A stretch of DNA of 64,000 nucleotides from Azolla caroliniana (Eukaryota; Plantae; Polypodiophyta). The stretch covers positions 4,030,001-4,094,000 of the forward strand of contig JBHGNT010000010.1 in assembly GCA_043228905.1 (NCBI GenBank), in the 5' to 3' direction. Shown piece by piece: positions 12,076 to 24,666 of this stretch (position 1 is the stretch's first letter; every line of letters begins with the position of its first letter). The notes under the pieces are model-generated. The model was not told where the DNA came from. It made no database searches and worked only from the letters and a program-made list of their open reading frames with translations. The translations under genes and the position numbers were made by a program.

Positions 12076-15000
12076 TATGGTTTCTTCTTCTCTCTTCCCA
12101 TCCGGAGGGACCTGTCTCTCAACAAACTCCCCCTTCACTCCGGCATGGGGTGTCTTACGAGTCCGATCCTCTTCCGGCATGCGTCCAGTTTGTTGGGTAT
12201 CAGCACTTTGGTCCGCATATCTGACCCGTTCTCGGCCGTGTAGATCTTCGTCACTACGAACTCCTAGTCATCTACTCTTTCCCGGATCCAGTGATACCTC
12301 CGCTGGATATGCTTCGTCGGGGAATGGTAGGCCACATTCTTAGCAAGGTGGATGGCACTTTGACTATCGCAGTAGAGTCGGTATTCCTCTTGCCGTATAC
12401 CGAGCTCTCCGATGAAGTCCTTCATCCATAAAATTTCCTTGCCGGCTTCCACAGCCGCCATGTACTCCGCCTCTGTGGTTGACAATGCAACCGTCTTCTG
12501 CAGCCTCGACTGCCACGAAACAGCTCCCCCTGCATATGTCATCACATACCCGGATGTAGACCGGCTGGTATCCACATCAGCCGACATGTCCGAATCGGTG
12601 AAACCGTCCAGTTGAGGTTTTCCTGAGCCGAATCGGAGACACATATTTGAAGTGCCCTTCAAATACCGGAGTATCCATTTGACCGCGTTCCAATGCTCCT
12701 TGTCGGTATTGCTCATAAACCGGCTCACCACTCCGACTGCATATCCAATGTCCGGTCGGGTACAGACCATTGCGTACATCAAGCTCCTGACGGCAGAGGC
12801 ATATGGAATCTTCATCATATCCGCCTTCTCTGCTTTCGTCTTCGAGCTTTGGTACCGGACAGTTTGCAGTTTGCCGGAAGTGTCGATCCGACCGGTTTTG
12901 CTTCTGACATGTTGAACCGGTGAAGCACCTTTGTCACATACTTCTCCTGTGACAACCATAATTGCTTCACTGACCGGTCCCGAATGATATGCATCCCCAA
13001 TATTTGTCTTGCCGGACCCAAGTCTTTCATTGAGAAGGTCCGATTGAGAGCCTTCTTCAGCATCCGTATTTTGCCTTGGTCTCGTCCGACGATCAACATG
13101 TCATCCACGTACAGGAGGAGTATCAGGAAGTCCCCTCCTTCAAACTTCTTCACAAACACGCAATGATCGGCCTGCGTCTTGTGGTACCCTTGATCGGTCA
13201 TGAAGGACAAGCTCTTCTTCAACCGGCATACCAGGTGCTCCTTCCCTTTCTCCACAAATCCTTCCAGTTGCTGCATGTAGATCTCCTCTTCGAGGTCGCC
13301 GTGAAGGAATACCGTTTTCACGTCCAGCTGCTCTACCTCGAGGTCCATGCTTGCTGCTATACTCAGCACCGTCCGGATGGAGGTCATCTTTACTACCGGG
13401 GCAAATATCTCGTCAAACTCCACGCCCTTCTTCTGCTAGAACCCCTTCACCACGATCCTGGCTTTGTATCTCGGGGGGTTGCCGGCATCTCCCGGTTTCA
13501 ACTTGTACACCCACTTGTTTCGGAATGCCCGCTTTCCTTTCAACAGCTCCACCAATTCATACGTATGGTTCTCATGCAGGGAATCCATCTCATCCTGCAT
13601 GGCACTTAACCATTTTTCACTGTGGGTGTCTTCCTTCGCTTCTTCGAAGCTTTCTGGCTCTCCCTCATCGGTCAGCAGAACATGCTCTGCATCCGGAAAT
13701 CTCCGAGGCGCCCTTCTCTCTCTGAGAGGATATCTACGTCTTCGGGCTTCGGTAACCGGCTCCTCCATTTGCTCTTCATCCGAATCTGACTCGGGGTCTT
13801 GACCGGTTCCGGTCTCAGCTTCCTCTACTTCTTCTTCTGCCGGTTCGGTATCCTCACCGTAACCGGCTGGTTCCTCGAGTGCTAACCGGTCTCTTGCTGG
13901 TTGGGTCTGCTCATCGTAGAGTCTATCCTTACCGGTCGACTCGGAGTTCATCTTCTTCTTCTCCGACTCCCAGTCGGCGAGCGTCTTGTCCTCCATGAAG
14001 ATAATATCTCGACTCCGGAATACCTTCGTGTCGACCAGGTCCCACACTCGGTAGCCGAACTCATCGTCACCGTAACCGAGGAATATGCATGGCCGGGTCT
14101 TTGGATCTAACTTTCCTCTCTGGTCCTTTGCTACATGCACGTACGCGAGACACCAGAACACCCTCAGATGCCGGTAGGACACTTCCTTACCGGTCCATAC
14201 TCTCTGTGGCGTGTCTCCGTCCAAGGGTACTCAGGGTGATCTGTTTATCACATATGTCGCCGTCGACAGTGCCTCAGCCCAAAACTTCTTGGGTAGTTTT
14301 GCATACGCTAGCATACTCCGGACCCTCTCCATTATGGTCCAGTTCATCCTCTCGACCAGTCCGTTTAGTTCCGGCGTCTTCGGCACGGTAAATTCGAGCC
14401 GGATTCCCTTCGAGCGGCAATACTCCTCGAACTGCCCCCGGTACTCTCCTCCGTTATCTGCTCGAACCGCCTTCAGCTTCCGGCCGGTTTCTCTTTCCAC
14501 TCCCGCGTGGAGCTCTTTGAAGACGGATAACACCTGATCCTTTGTCTTCAACGGTGTGGCCCACAGCTTCTGGCTGTGGTCATCTATGAACGTCACGAAG
14601 TACTGCGCTCCGGCATGTGACTTCGTGTCTACTTGACACACATCTGTATGCACCAACTCCAGTGGTGCATTACGTCTCATCGATGGCCTTGGTCGGAAGG
14701 AGGTCCGGTTCTGCTTACCGGCCAGACAGTCAGTGCACGTTCTTCACTGGAATGAGGTTGTCGTCTGCAAGCCTCTTCATCCCCTTCTCGCTCATATGAC
14801 ACAACCTCTTGTGCCACAGCTCACCGGTAGTGTCGGATGCCACGTTCAGTTCTTCCGGGCATAACCGGGCATTCATCAGGTATAGTGTGTTGACCTTCTG
14901 GGCCCGAGCCACAATCAAGCTCCCTTTGCTGAACTTCATGACACCATTCCGGATGCTACCCGTGTAGCCTTCATCATCTAGCCGACCGGCTGATATCAGG

Positions 15001-16132
15001 TTCAGACGAACTTCCGGAACGTGTCGGACATCCTTCAGCAGCAACTTGCATCCGGTTGGTGTTGTCAGCCACACGTCTCCTATGCCGACAATTCGGCATG
15101 TACCTTCATTCCCCATCCGGACACAGCCGTGGTCACCGACTGAGTAGGATGCGAAGCATTTCCGGTCCGGGGTAAGGTGGAACGATGCTCTAGAGTCTAC
15201 CACCCAGGTCATCTCGTCGCCGGCAAGGTTTAGAGCATCAACTCTTCTTCACTTGCCGCGATTGTTGTCGTTCCCTTCCGGTCCGTCCCCTTCCGGTCTT
15301 TACCGTTCCGGTCCGGGGTTTGCTTCGAATCGGTACCGTCGGTTTCCTTGTCTTTATGGAAATGCCGACAGTTCTTTTGGAAGTGTCCCGGCTTGCCGCA
15401 ATAGAAGCAAGTAGGCCTCCCCCTTGACTTTGACCGTGTCCCCGACTTCTCCCGGTTCTGCGGACTACGGTTTCTATGTCTTCCGCGTTCCAATTCGGTA
15501 AGGAGCGCTTTGGAGTCGGAGCTCGTATCTTTATCCTTCCGACGCGCCTCCTCATCTAGCAAGCTCGACTTTACTCTTGCTAGGGATAACCGTTTTCCTT
15601 CCGGCCCGGCGTTGCCCAAAGTGACAACCAACGTCTCCCAGCTATCCGGGAGGGAACCGAGCAGGAGTAGCGTGTTGAACACAGTGCTCGGCCACAACCG
15701 AGGAATAGGATTAACTCACAGAAAACAGGAAATAGAAAATGCACGTAGACAATAGAGAGAAGAGTACACTGGATGTTTTACGTGGAAAGCCCTAAATGGG
15801 AAAAACCACGGGAGTCCTCAAACTCCAACTATCACTACAAACAGAGATGTACAATGGTGAGGCTACAAGGCAACAACCTTGAGCTCACTGTCTTCGCCAC
15901 AGGCGGCGGTAATACACAGAGGCAACGACCTCTTTGTCTCTCTCTCTCTCGGCTACTCTCTTCACTCCCTCTGAGTGAAAACAAGAAAAATTAGCAACAA
16001 CATAAAACTGTTTGCCCTAAGTCATATTTATACACATATGACTTTCGAGCTATTTACAAATATAGCCTCAAGGGCCCTTGGCAAACATATTCACAAATAT
16101 GTCCCCGCATCCGGATCTCTCTCCGGGTACAT

Positions 16133-16290
16133 TCATCATCCGGCTCCGTAGCCGGGGTCTTCATCATCCGGCTCCGTAACCGGGGTCTTCATCATCCGAT
16201 TCCGTAACCGGGGTCTTCATCATCCGGCTCCGTAGCCGGGGTCTTCATCATCCGGCTCCGTAACCGGGGTCTTCATCATCTGATTCCCGG
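16133..16290. repeat. 28-bp tandem repeat in the A2 LTR (also about 20871-21028)
   Basis: tcatcatccggctccgtagccggggtct, about 5 copies. Confidence 0.9.
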
Positions 16291-16340
16291 ACATCCGACC
16301 ATCCCATCCGGAGGGACCGTAATCCCAACAAACTCCCCCT

Positions 16341-19300
16341 TCACTTCGGCATGGGATGTCTTTCCAGTCCGACCCTCTTCCGGCACGCTTCCAGCTTGTC
16401 GGGTGTGAGCACTTTGGTCAGCATATCTGACCCGTTCTCTTCCGTGTGGATCTTCGTCAGCACGAACTCCTGGTCTTCTATCCTTTCCTGGATCCAGTGA
16501 TATCTTCGCTGGATGTGCTTCGTCTGGGAGTGATAGGCCGCATTCTTCGCAAGGTGGATGGCACTCTGACTGTCGCAGTAAAGTCGGTACTCCTCTTGCC
16601 GGATACCAAGCTCTCTAATGAAGTCCTTCATCCATATTATTTCCTTGCTGGCTTCAACAACCGCCATGTACTTCGCCTCCGTGGTTGACAACGCAACCGT
16701 CTGCATACGTCATCACATACCCTGATGTGGACCGGCTGGTATCTTCATCAGCCGACATATCCGAATCGGTAAAGCCGTCGAGTTCGGGCTTACCGGAGCC
16801 GAATCGGAGGCACACGTTTGTCGTGCCCTTCAGGTATCGGAGTATCCACTTGACCGCGTTCCAGTGCTCTTTGCCGGGATTGCTCATGTACCGGCTCACC
16901 ACTCCAACTGCATATCCTATGTCCGGTCTTGTACACACCATTACGTACATCAAGCTTCCGACAGCAGAGGCATATGGTACTTTCATCATGTCCTCCTTCT
17001 CAGCCTTTGTCTTGGGGCTTTGCTTGCTGGACAACTTGCAGTTTGCCGGGAGGGTTGACCCGACCGGTCTTGCTTCCGACATGTTGAACCGGTGAAGCAC
17101 CTTTGTCACGTACTTTTCGTGTGACAGCCACAACTGCTTCTTCTTCTGGTCCCGGATGATGTGCATCCCTAGTATTTGCCTCGCCGGACCCAGGTCCTTC
17201 ATTGAGAAGGTTCGGTGAAGCGCTTTCTTCAGCGTCCGTATCTTGACCTGGTCCCGTCCGACGATCAACATGTCGTCCACGTATAGGAGGAGTATTAGAA
17301 AGTCTCCTCCTTCGAACTTCTTCACAAACACGCAGTGATCGGACTGCGTTTTGTGGTACCCTTCGTCGGTCATGAAGGAGTCGAACTTCCGGTACCATTG
17401 CCGGGGAGCCTGCTTCAGTCCGTAAAGGCTCTTCTTCAACTGGCATACCAGGTGCTCCTTCCCTTTCTTCTCGAATCCTTCCGGTTGCTGCATGTAGATC
17501 TCTTCTTCGAGGTCACCGTGAAGGAATGTCGTCTTCACGTCCATCTGTTCTACCTCGAGGTCCATGCTTGCCGCTATGCTCAGCACCGTCCGGATGGAGG
17601 TCATCTTCACTACCGGGGCAAATATTTCGTCGAAGTCGACGCCCTTCTTCTGTTGGAACCCCTTCACCACGATCCTGGCTTTGTATCTCGGGGGGTTTCC
17701 GGCATCTCCCGGTTTCAGCTTGAACACCCACTTGTTCCGAAGTGCCCGCTTTCCTTTCGGCAACTCCACAAGTTCATATGTGTGGTTCTCATGCAGGGAA
17801 TCCATCTCCTCCTGCATGGCACTTAACCACCTGCGGCTATGGGTGTCAAGCTTTGCTTCTTCAAAACTCTCCGGCTCCCCCTCGTCGGTTAGCAGCACGT
17901 GCTCTGGTTCCGGAAATCTCCGGGGGGCCCTTCTCTCTCTTAGAGGATATCTCCGTTCCGGAGCTTCGGTAACCGGCTCCTCCGTTTCCTCTTCATCCGA
18001 ATCCATTTCGGAATCGGGGCCGGTTCCGGTATCAGTTTCATCTTCCTCGGCCGATTCTGTTTCTTCACCGTCTTCGGCCGGATCCTCGAGTGCTAACCGG
18101 TCCCTTGCCGGTCGGGACTGCTCTTCGTAGAGTTGATTCTCACCGGTCGACTTGGAGCTCTTCATCTTCTTCTCCGACTCCCAGTCGGCGAGTGTCTTGT
18201 CCTCCATGAAGATGATATCACGACTCCTGAATATCTTCTTGTCGACCGGGTCCCATACTCGGTAGCCGAACTCGTCGTCGCCGTAACCGAGGAATATGCA
18301 TGGCCGGGTCTTTGGATCTAGCTTTCCTCTCCGGTCCTTTGCCACATGCACATATGCGAGACACCCGAACACCTTCAGATGCCGGTAGGATACTTCCCTA
18401 CCGGTCCACACTCTCTGCGGCGTGTCTTCGTCCAAAGGTACTGAGGGTGATCTGTTTATCACGTATGTCGCCGTCGACATTGCCTCAGCCCAAAACCCCT
18501 TGGGTAATTTCGCATGCGCCAGCATACTCCGGACCCTCTCCATTATGGTCCGGTTCATCCTCTCGGCCAGCCCGTTCAGTTCCGGCGTCTTCGGCACAGT
18601 AAACTCAAGCCGGATTCCCTTCGAGCGACAGTACTCCGCGAACTGCCCCCGGTATTCCCCTTCGTTATCCGCTCGTATCGCTTTCAGCTTCTTGCCGGAT
18701 TCCCTTTCCACTCTCGCGTGGAGTTCTTTGAAGACGCACAACACTTGGTCCTTTGTCTTCAACGGTGCCGTCCACAGCTTCCGACTGTGGTCATCAATGA
18801 ATGTCACGAAGTACTGGGCTCCGCCATGTGACTTCGTTTCTACTTGACACACATCAGTGTGCACCAACTCCAATGGTGCTCTACGTCTCGTCGGTGGCCT
18901 TGAGTGGAAGGAGGCTCGGTTCTGCTTACCGGCCAGGCAATCGGTGCACTTCTCCAGATGCACATGCTTCACTGGAATGTGGTTGTCTTCTGCAAGCCTC
19001 TTCATCCCCTTCTCGCTCATGTGGCACAGTCTCTTGTGCCACAGCTCACCGGCAGTGTCAGCTGCCACGTTCAGCTCCTCCGGACATAGCCGGGAATTCA
19101 TCAGGTACAGTGTGTTGACCTTCCGGGCCCGAGCCACTATCAGGCTCCCTTTGCTGAACTTCATGACACCGTTCCGGATGTTACCCGTGTAGCCTTCATC
19201 GTCTAGCCTCCCGGCCGAAATCAGGTTCAATCGAACCTCCGGAACGTGTCGAACATCCTTCAGCAGCATCTTGCATCCGGTTGATGTCATCAGCCACACG

Positions 19301-20379
19301 TCTCCTATGCCGGCAATCCGGCATGTACCTTCATTTCCCATCCGGACACAGCCGTGCTCACCGGCTGTGTAGGATGAGAAGTATTTCTTCTCCGGGGTCA
19401 GGTGGAACGACGCTCCGGAATCGACCACCCAGGTCATCTCTTCACCGGCAAGGTTCAGCTCCCTCTCTTCGGTAATGAGCATTATCTCTTCTTCACTTGC
19501 CGCGAGTGCCGTCGTTCCTTTCCGGTCCTGCCCTCGCCGATCCGGACCTCTCCGGTCCGTGGCTCCTCGGTATGCACCGTTTCGCTCCGGTGACTTCTTC
19601 GAATCGGTGTCGTCGGCTCCATTGTCTTTTCGGTAATGCCGACAATTCTTCCGGAAGTGCCCCGGCTTCCCACAGTGGAAGCATGTGGGCCTTCCTCTTG
19701 ACTGCGACCGGGTCCCCGACTTCTCCCGTCTTTGCGGACTCCGGTTCCGTTGTCTTCCCCGTTCCGATTCGGTAAGCAGCGCCTTCGAGTCGGAGGCCGG
19801 TTCTTTATCTCTCCGACGTGCTTCTTCGTTCAAAATACTTGTCTTTACCGTTTGTAGGGACAAGTTATCTTCGGTGCAGGAGGTGCTGAGAGTCACCACC
19901 AAGTTCTCCCAGCTTTCCGGCAATGTACACATCAGGATGATGGCTTGCATTGCATCCTCCAACGGGAACTTGATCGCCGCAAGCTGGTTCACGAATCCCA
20001 TGAACGTGCTTACGTGTTCCACCATACTCTCGCCGTCCCGGTACTTGAGGTTCACTATCTTCCTCATCAGGGAGGTCCGGTTCAACGCATTCTTCCTCTC
20101 GTAGAGGCCCGACAGCTTCCGCCACATCTCATATGCGTTGGTGTCATTCGCCACATGTTGTAGAACGCTCACGTCGACGTATTGCCGAATGGTTGCAACG
20201 GCTTTCCGGTTCAGAAGCCTCCATTCCGTCTCAAGTACCCCCTTGGGTATTTCCGACCTGTCGATCGGTTCATACAGGTCCCGAACAATGAGCAGATCCT
20301 CCATCTTTATCTTCCAGTCGGCGTAGTTCTGCGCATTCAGCACCATCATCCCCGGCTGCCCACTGCTGCCGCCTTCCAT
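16341..20379 (-). pseudogene. A2 Gag-Pol, intact except for one frameshifting deletion (about 35 bp) in RNase H
   Basis: ORF from ATG 20379 to about 16700 (gag, CCHC, WVVDSGAS, INT, RT); GGAVSWQSRLQK is missing relative to A1; RNase H tail in ORF 16341-16706. Confidence 0.9.
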
Positions 20380-23300
20380 TTTCTGCACTGCCGTCGCTCT
20401 GATACCACTTTGTTGAACACAGTGCTCGGCCACAACCGAGGAATAGGATTAACTCACAGAAAACAGGAAATACAAAATGCACGTAGACAATAGAGAGAAG
20501 AGTACACTGGATGTTTTACGTGGAAAGCCCTAAATGGGAAAAACCACGGGAGTCCTCAAACTCCAACTATCACTACAAACAGAGATGTACAATGGTGAGG
20601 CTACAAGGCAACAACCTTGAGCTCACTGTCTTCGCCACAGGCGGCGGTAATACACAGAGGCAACGACCTCTTTGTCTCTCTCTCTCTCGGCTGCTCTCTT
20701 CACTCCCTCTGAGTGAAAACAAGAAAAATTAGCAACAACATAAAACTGTTTGCCCTAAGTCATATTTATACACATATGACTTTCGAGCTATTTACAAATA
20801 TAGCCTCAAGGGCCATTGGCAAACATATTCACAAATATGTCCCCGCATCCAGATCTCTCTCCGGGTACATTCATCATCCGGCTCCGTAGCCGGGGTCTTC
20901 ATCATCCGGCTCCGTAACCGGGGTCTTCATCATCCGATTCCGTAACCGGGGTCTTCATCATCCGGCTCCGTAGCCGGGGTCTTCATCATCCGGCTCCGTA
21001 ACCGGGGTCTTCATCATCCGATTCCCGGACATCCGACCATCCCATCCGGAGGGACCGTAATCCCAACATAGCGCTAGTACCTCGTCGGCAAGAGGTACTT
21101 CCAATGACGTTGCCTGGTGAATCAGCCCTTGGAAGGCATTCATGTGCTCCGCCATGCTGGAGCCATCTTGGTACCGGAGTCTTACTAGCTTCCGGAATAC
21201 CGAAACCTGGGTAACAGCATTTTTGTTTTGGAACATTATGTCGATCTTCTCCCATAGCTCATGAGCCTTGCTCTCTTCATTGAAGTTGTTGTATAGGCTC
21301 ATGTCGATGAAGCACCGTATGTACGCCGTTGTCTTCATGTGCATCACCTCCCATATCGCGGCGTTGATTTTGTCCGGTCTCTTGTCCCCGAACTGAACCG
21401 GCAGCCAGAGGTCTTTAACCAAGAGCATGTCCCTCATCTTCGACTTCCATACTGAGTAGTTGGAGCTGGTGAGCTTGAACATGTCGCCAAACGATTCGTC
21501 CTTTTTCTGTGTCGTTTCGCTCTAATACCACTTGACGGGAACCCAAAGTTCCTTATGCGCAACGCTCGGCCACAACTGAGCTTAGAATGATACACAGAAA
21601 AACGGGAAATAAAACGCGACACAAAGAAGGAGAGAATACACAGGAGGTTTACGTGGAAAACCCCAAACTAGGGGAAAAAACCACGGCAGCCCACAGGCTG
21701 CAAACTGTCACTATGTAGGAATATACAACAGTGAGTTCACTGAGGCAACGACCTCGTGCTCACAGATCTTCGCCACAGGCGGCGGTTACAGCAGAGGCAA
21801 CGACCTCGTCTCTCTCTCTCTCTCTCAGTACAGTTACGCACTCTCACTTCTTCTTGCACCAACAAGGAAGAGTGACAACCACTACTACCTAAAAGTTTGC
21901 CCTAAGTCATATTTATACTAATATGACTTTTCGGCTATTTACAAATATAGCCACGATGGGCTCTCAGAAACATATTTACGAATATGTCTCTTCCTCCGGT
22001 TCATACCGGGTCTGCACCATCCGGCTCTCCGTAGCCGGGTACTCCTCATCCAGTTCGTACCGGGCCTGCACCATATGACGAGCCATAAAGAGTGCTTCTC
22101 CTTTTTGGAAAAACCGGAAAAACTGGGGATTGTCGAAACCGGAGACAACACCCCTCACCCGATTGTGCATGTTAGAGAAGTCCCGTTAAGCCATGTCGGA
22201 CAAAAGGGGAAGCTGATGAATGTATTACACGTTCCGACAATCACAAAGAACCTAGTGTCGGTCGGACAAATCGTCGACCAAGGAATGCAGGTGTGGTTTA
22301 CGCACCTCGGGTGCTTCATCGAAGAAGGCCGGATAATAGCACAAGAGTGCATGGAAGGGAGGATGTTCATCCTCAACACTAATGATGTCGGCACCGCTAT
22401 GTTTGCAAAAGGGCAAAAGGTCGAGTTGGACATCAACCTATGGCACAAGCGCATTGGCCACGTCAACTACCAGAGGCTTCAGGACCTGCAATCGAAACAA
22501 GTTGTTTTCAGTTTGCCGAAATTCAGTGGCCGAAAGGCCCAAATATGTGAAGCCTGCCAACTCGGGAAGCAACACCGGCTTCCATTCCCCACCGAACGAA
22601 ATCGGCGCTGTAATAACCTCAATCTAATCCATTTGGATGTATGGGGACCGGCACAAAATGTTAGTCTTGGCGGGGGTCGGTATTTCATCTCCTTCATCGA
22701 CGATTACAGCCGGCACACATGGATCTACCTCATCGAGAGGGAGAGCGAAGTCTTCGAGTGTTTCCGAAAATTTCAAAGCTTAGTTGAATGGGAAACAGAG
22801 AGGAAGGTCAAGTGCTTGTGGTCGGATGGCGGAAAAGAATATTTTTCCAACCAATTCAACAGTTATCTGCAACAGAATGGAATTCGGAGGGAATTTAGTT
22901 GCAGATACACACCGGAGAAAAATGGTGTGGCCAAAAGGAAGAACCGGTCGATTGTCAACGCGGCAAGGGCAATGCTGGAGGAGAAGAGCACGCCCCAATT
23001 CTACTGGGTTGAGGTGGTTCGGACGGCCGTGTAGATCCAAAACCGGATCAGTGACAAGGTGTCAGCACATCAGCTGTATTTCGGGCGAAAGCCGAATTTG
23101 AGACACCTTTGGATATTCGGTAGCATAGCATATGTGCATGTACCGGTGTCGTGAAGATCTGTCACTATGTGCATATCGTGAGGCGGAACCGCCGGGGTTC
23201 TGGACTGGAAGGACTCGAAGTCCGCAGAAGCTTTAGCGAGAAAGTATTTAAGATAGATTGAGAGAGAGAGAGAAATTGAGATTAAACGCTTGACTTTAGA

Positions 23301-23844
23301 TTGAGAGAGATTGAAATGGAGAGAGAGACCAAGATTGAACTTTTAACTTTTAGATTTAAGAAACAAGATATATCATCAATTGGATGACGAATTTTCTTCT
23401 TAATATTAATTTTGATATAAAGTACAAAGCTCGCTTGATAAAAAAATATCCCCTTTTGCTTGATTCCTCCACTCTTTTATAGATGCCCCCATGCATATGG
23501 TGCATCTGAGGGTGCAAGACATGCACGCAATGCATGCTTGTCATGTCATCATCTAAGCTCTCACACATGAGAATTTACATGTAAAGCTATAATGATAAAA
23601 ATATAATCCCTAAAGAAATGGTTTGGCTTAATGGTAAACCTATTGCTTCCTATCTTGAAGGTGTTAAGTTCGAGTCTTGCTTCCATCTTTTTCTTTTATG
23701 CACAAAATACTATTAGGCTTTTGGACCAAATATCTTTAAGACACCATGCACCGCGATCAACTGACCCGACCGATTTGCATTCGTTCAGTTTGGCCCAGTT
23801 CAATTCGCATCCGAGCTAGTTTGGTCCACATCTTGAGGTCGCCG

Positions 23845-24599
23845 GTGGTCCGATGTGGTGAGAGGCCTGAAGCCGGAAGTCGAATCAGAGTGTACCAATT
23901 CGGACAAGAGCTGGAACGAGTCGGAGATAGCTGACTCGGATCAACAGATGGATCCGGATGAGTCGGATCGGCTGAAGGCCAAGGGGACACAGACACAGCG
24001 AAAGTCGATGCCATCGTGGGAGAACCGACGGATCGGCAAGCGCCGGAGTCACAACAACGTGAGTACTGAGATGGGCCTATTGAGCAGACATGCCGACTGA
24101 GAGGGTCGAGGTGCGCAGAACCAAACGGGTCGCGGCAAACGGGACCGGACCGGACGAGGAGCGCGAGCAAGGCGGAGTGACGCCAGGAGAAGTCGGTTGG
24201 AAGAACCGACTGCCACAGAGGTCGACACTACGACTCCACCTCAGGTTGAGCTTGAGGGGGAGTGTTGAGCGGCAAGTTCAACCGGAGCCGGATCGGCTGA
24301 ATAAGCCGGAGCCGGTAAGCGAGACGGATCGGGCAAAACGGATCGGTATGACAGTGAGCAACCGAACCGGCAAGCAGTGGAGGCCGGGTGCAATCCGTAA
24401 CCGGCAGTCCAATCGGAAGCCTAGTATAGGATAGACTACTAGGTAGCTATAGTCTCGTAGTAAGTGTCAGATGCTCGTGTGAGCATTGAAGTACATGGTA
24501 CTTCTGTCAGTCCCAAGAGGACTTGTATAAATAGTGCTACTTAGCACAGTGTGTATACAGAGAGACCCGATATAATTTTGAAATTGTGTTCTGCTCTCT

Positions 24600-24666
<67 letters not shown>

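Larger units (their letters stand above)
15673..21068 (-). mobile_element. Young full-length Copia A2 nested in A1 gag
   Basis: 658-bp LTRs at 15673-16330 and 20411-21068 (about 5 differences by eye); TSD TAGCG; PBS TGGTATCAGAGC at 20396-20407; PPT. Confidence 0.97.
11400..22074 (-). mobile_element. Copia A1 (Tnt1/Tork-like), degenerate; interrupted by A2; outer end of 5' LTR deleted
   Basis: 3' LTR 11400-12124, PPT, RNase H/RT/INT/PR/gag fragments, mutated PBS 21519-21530, 5' LTR 21533 to about 22074; in-frame deletion in RT (RLKKSL^SFMTDQ). Confidence 0.92.

Noticed and set aside
11788-12243. Repetitive ORFs (CTIRLSVAGYSSSG / LHHPALRSRVLLIR / EEYPATESRMV), also at 30405-31032, 34922-35314, 40877-41573 and 45686-46342
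   Set aside because: Translations of the 54-bp LTR repeat, open in several frames; the sister 28-bp repeat is not a multiple of 3.
16685-20493. Many antisense or overlapping ORFs on Copia pol
   Set aside because: Shadow ORFs of GC-rich coding sequence with no recognisable domains.
24594-24660. (CT)n and other microsatellites as independent features
   Set aside because: Ordinary LTR-internal simple repeats with slippage.
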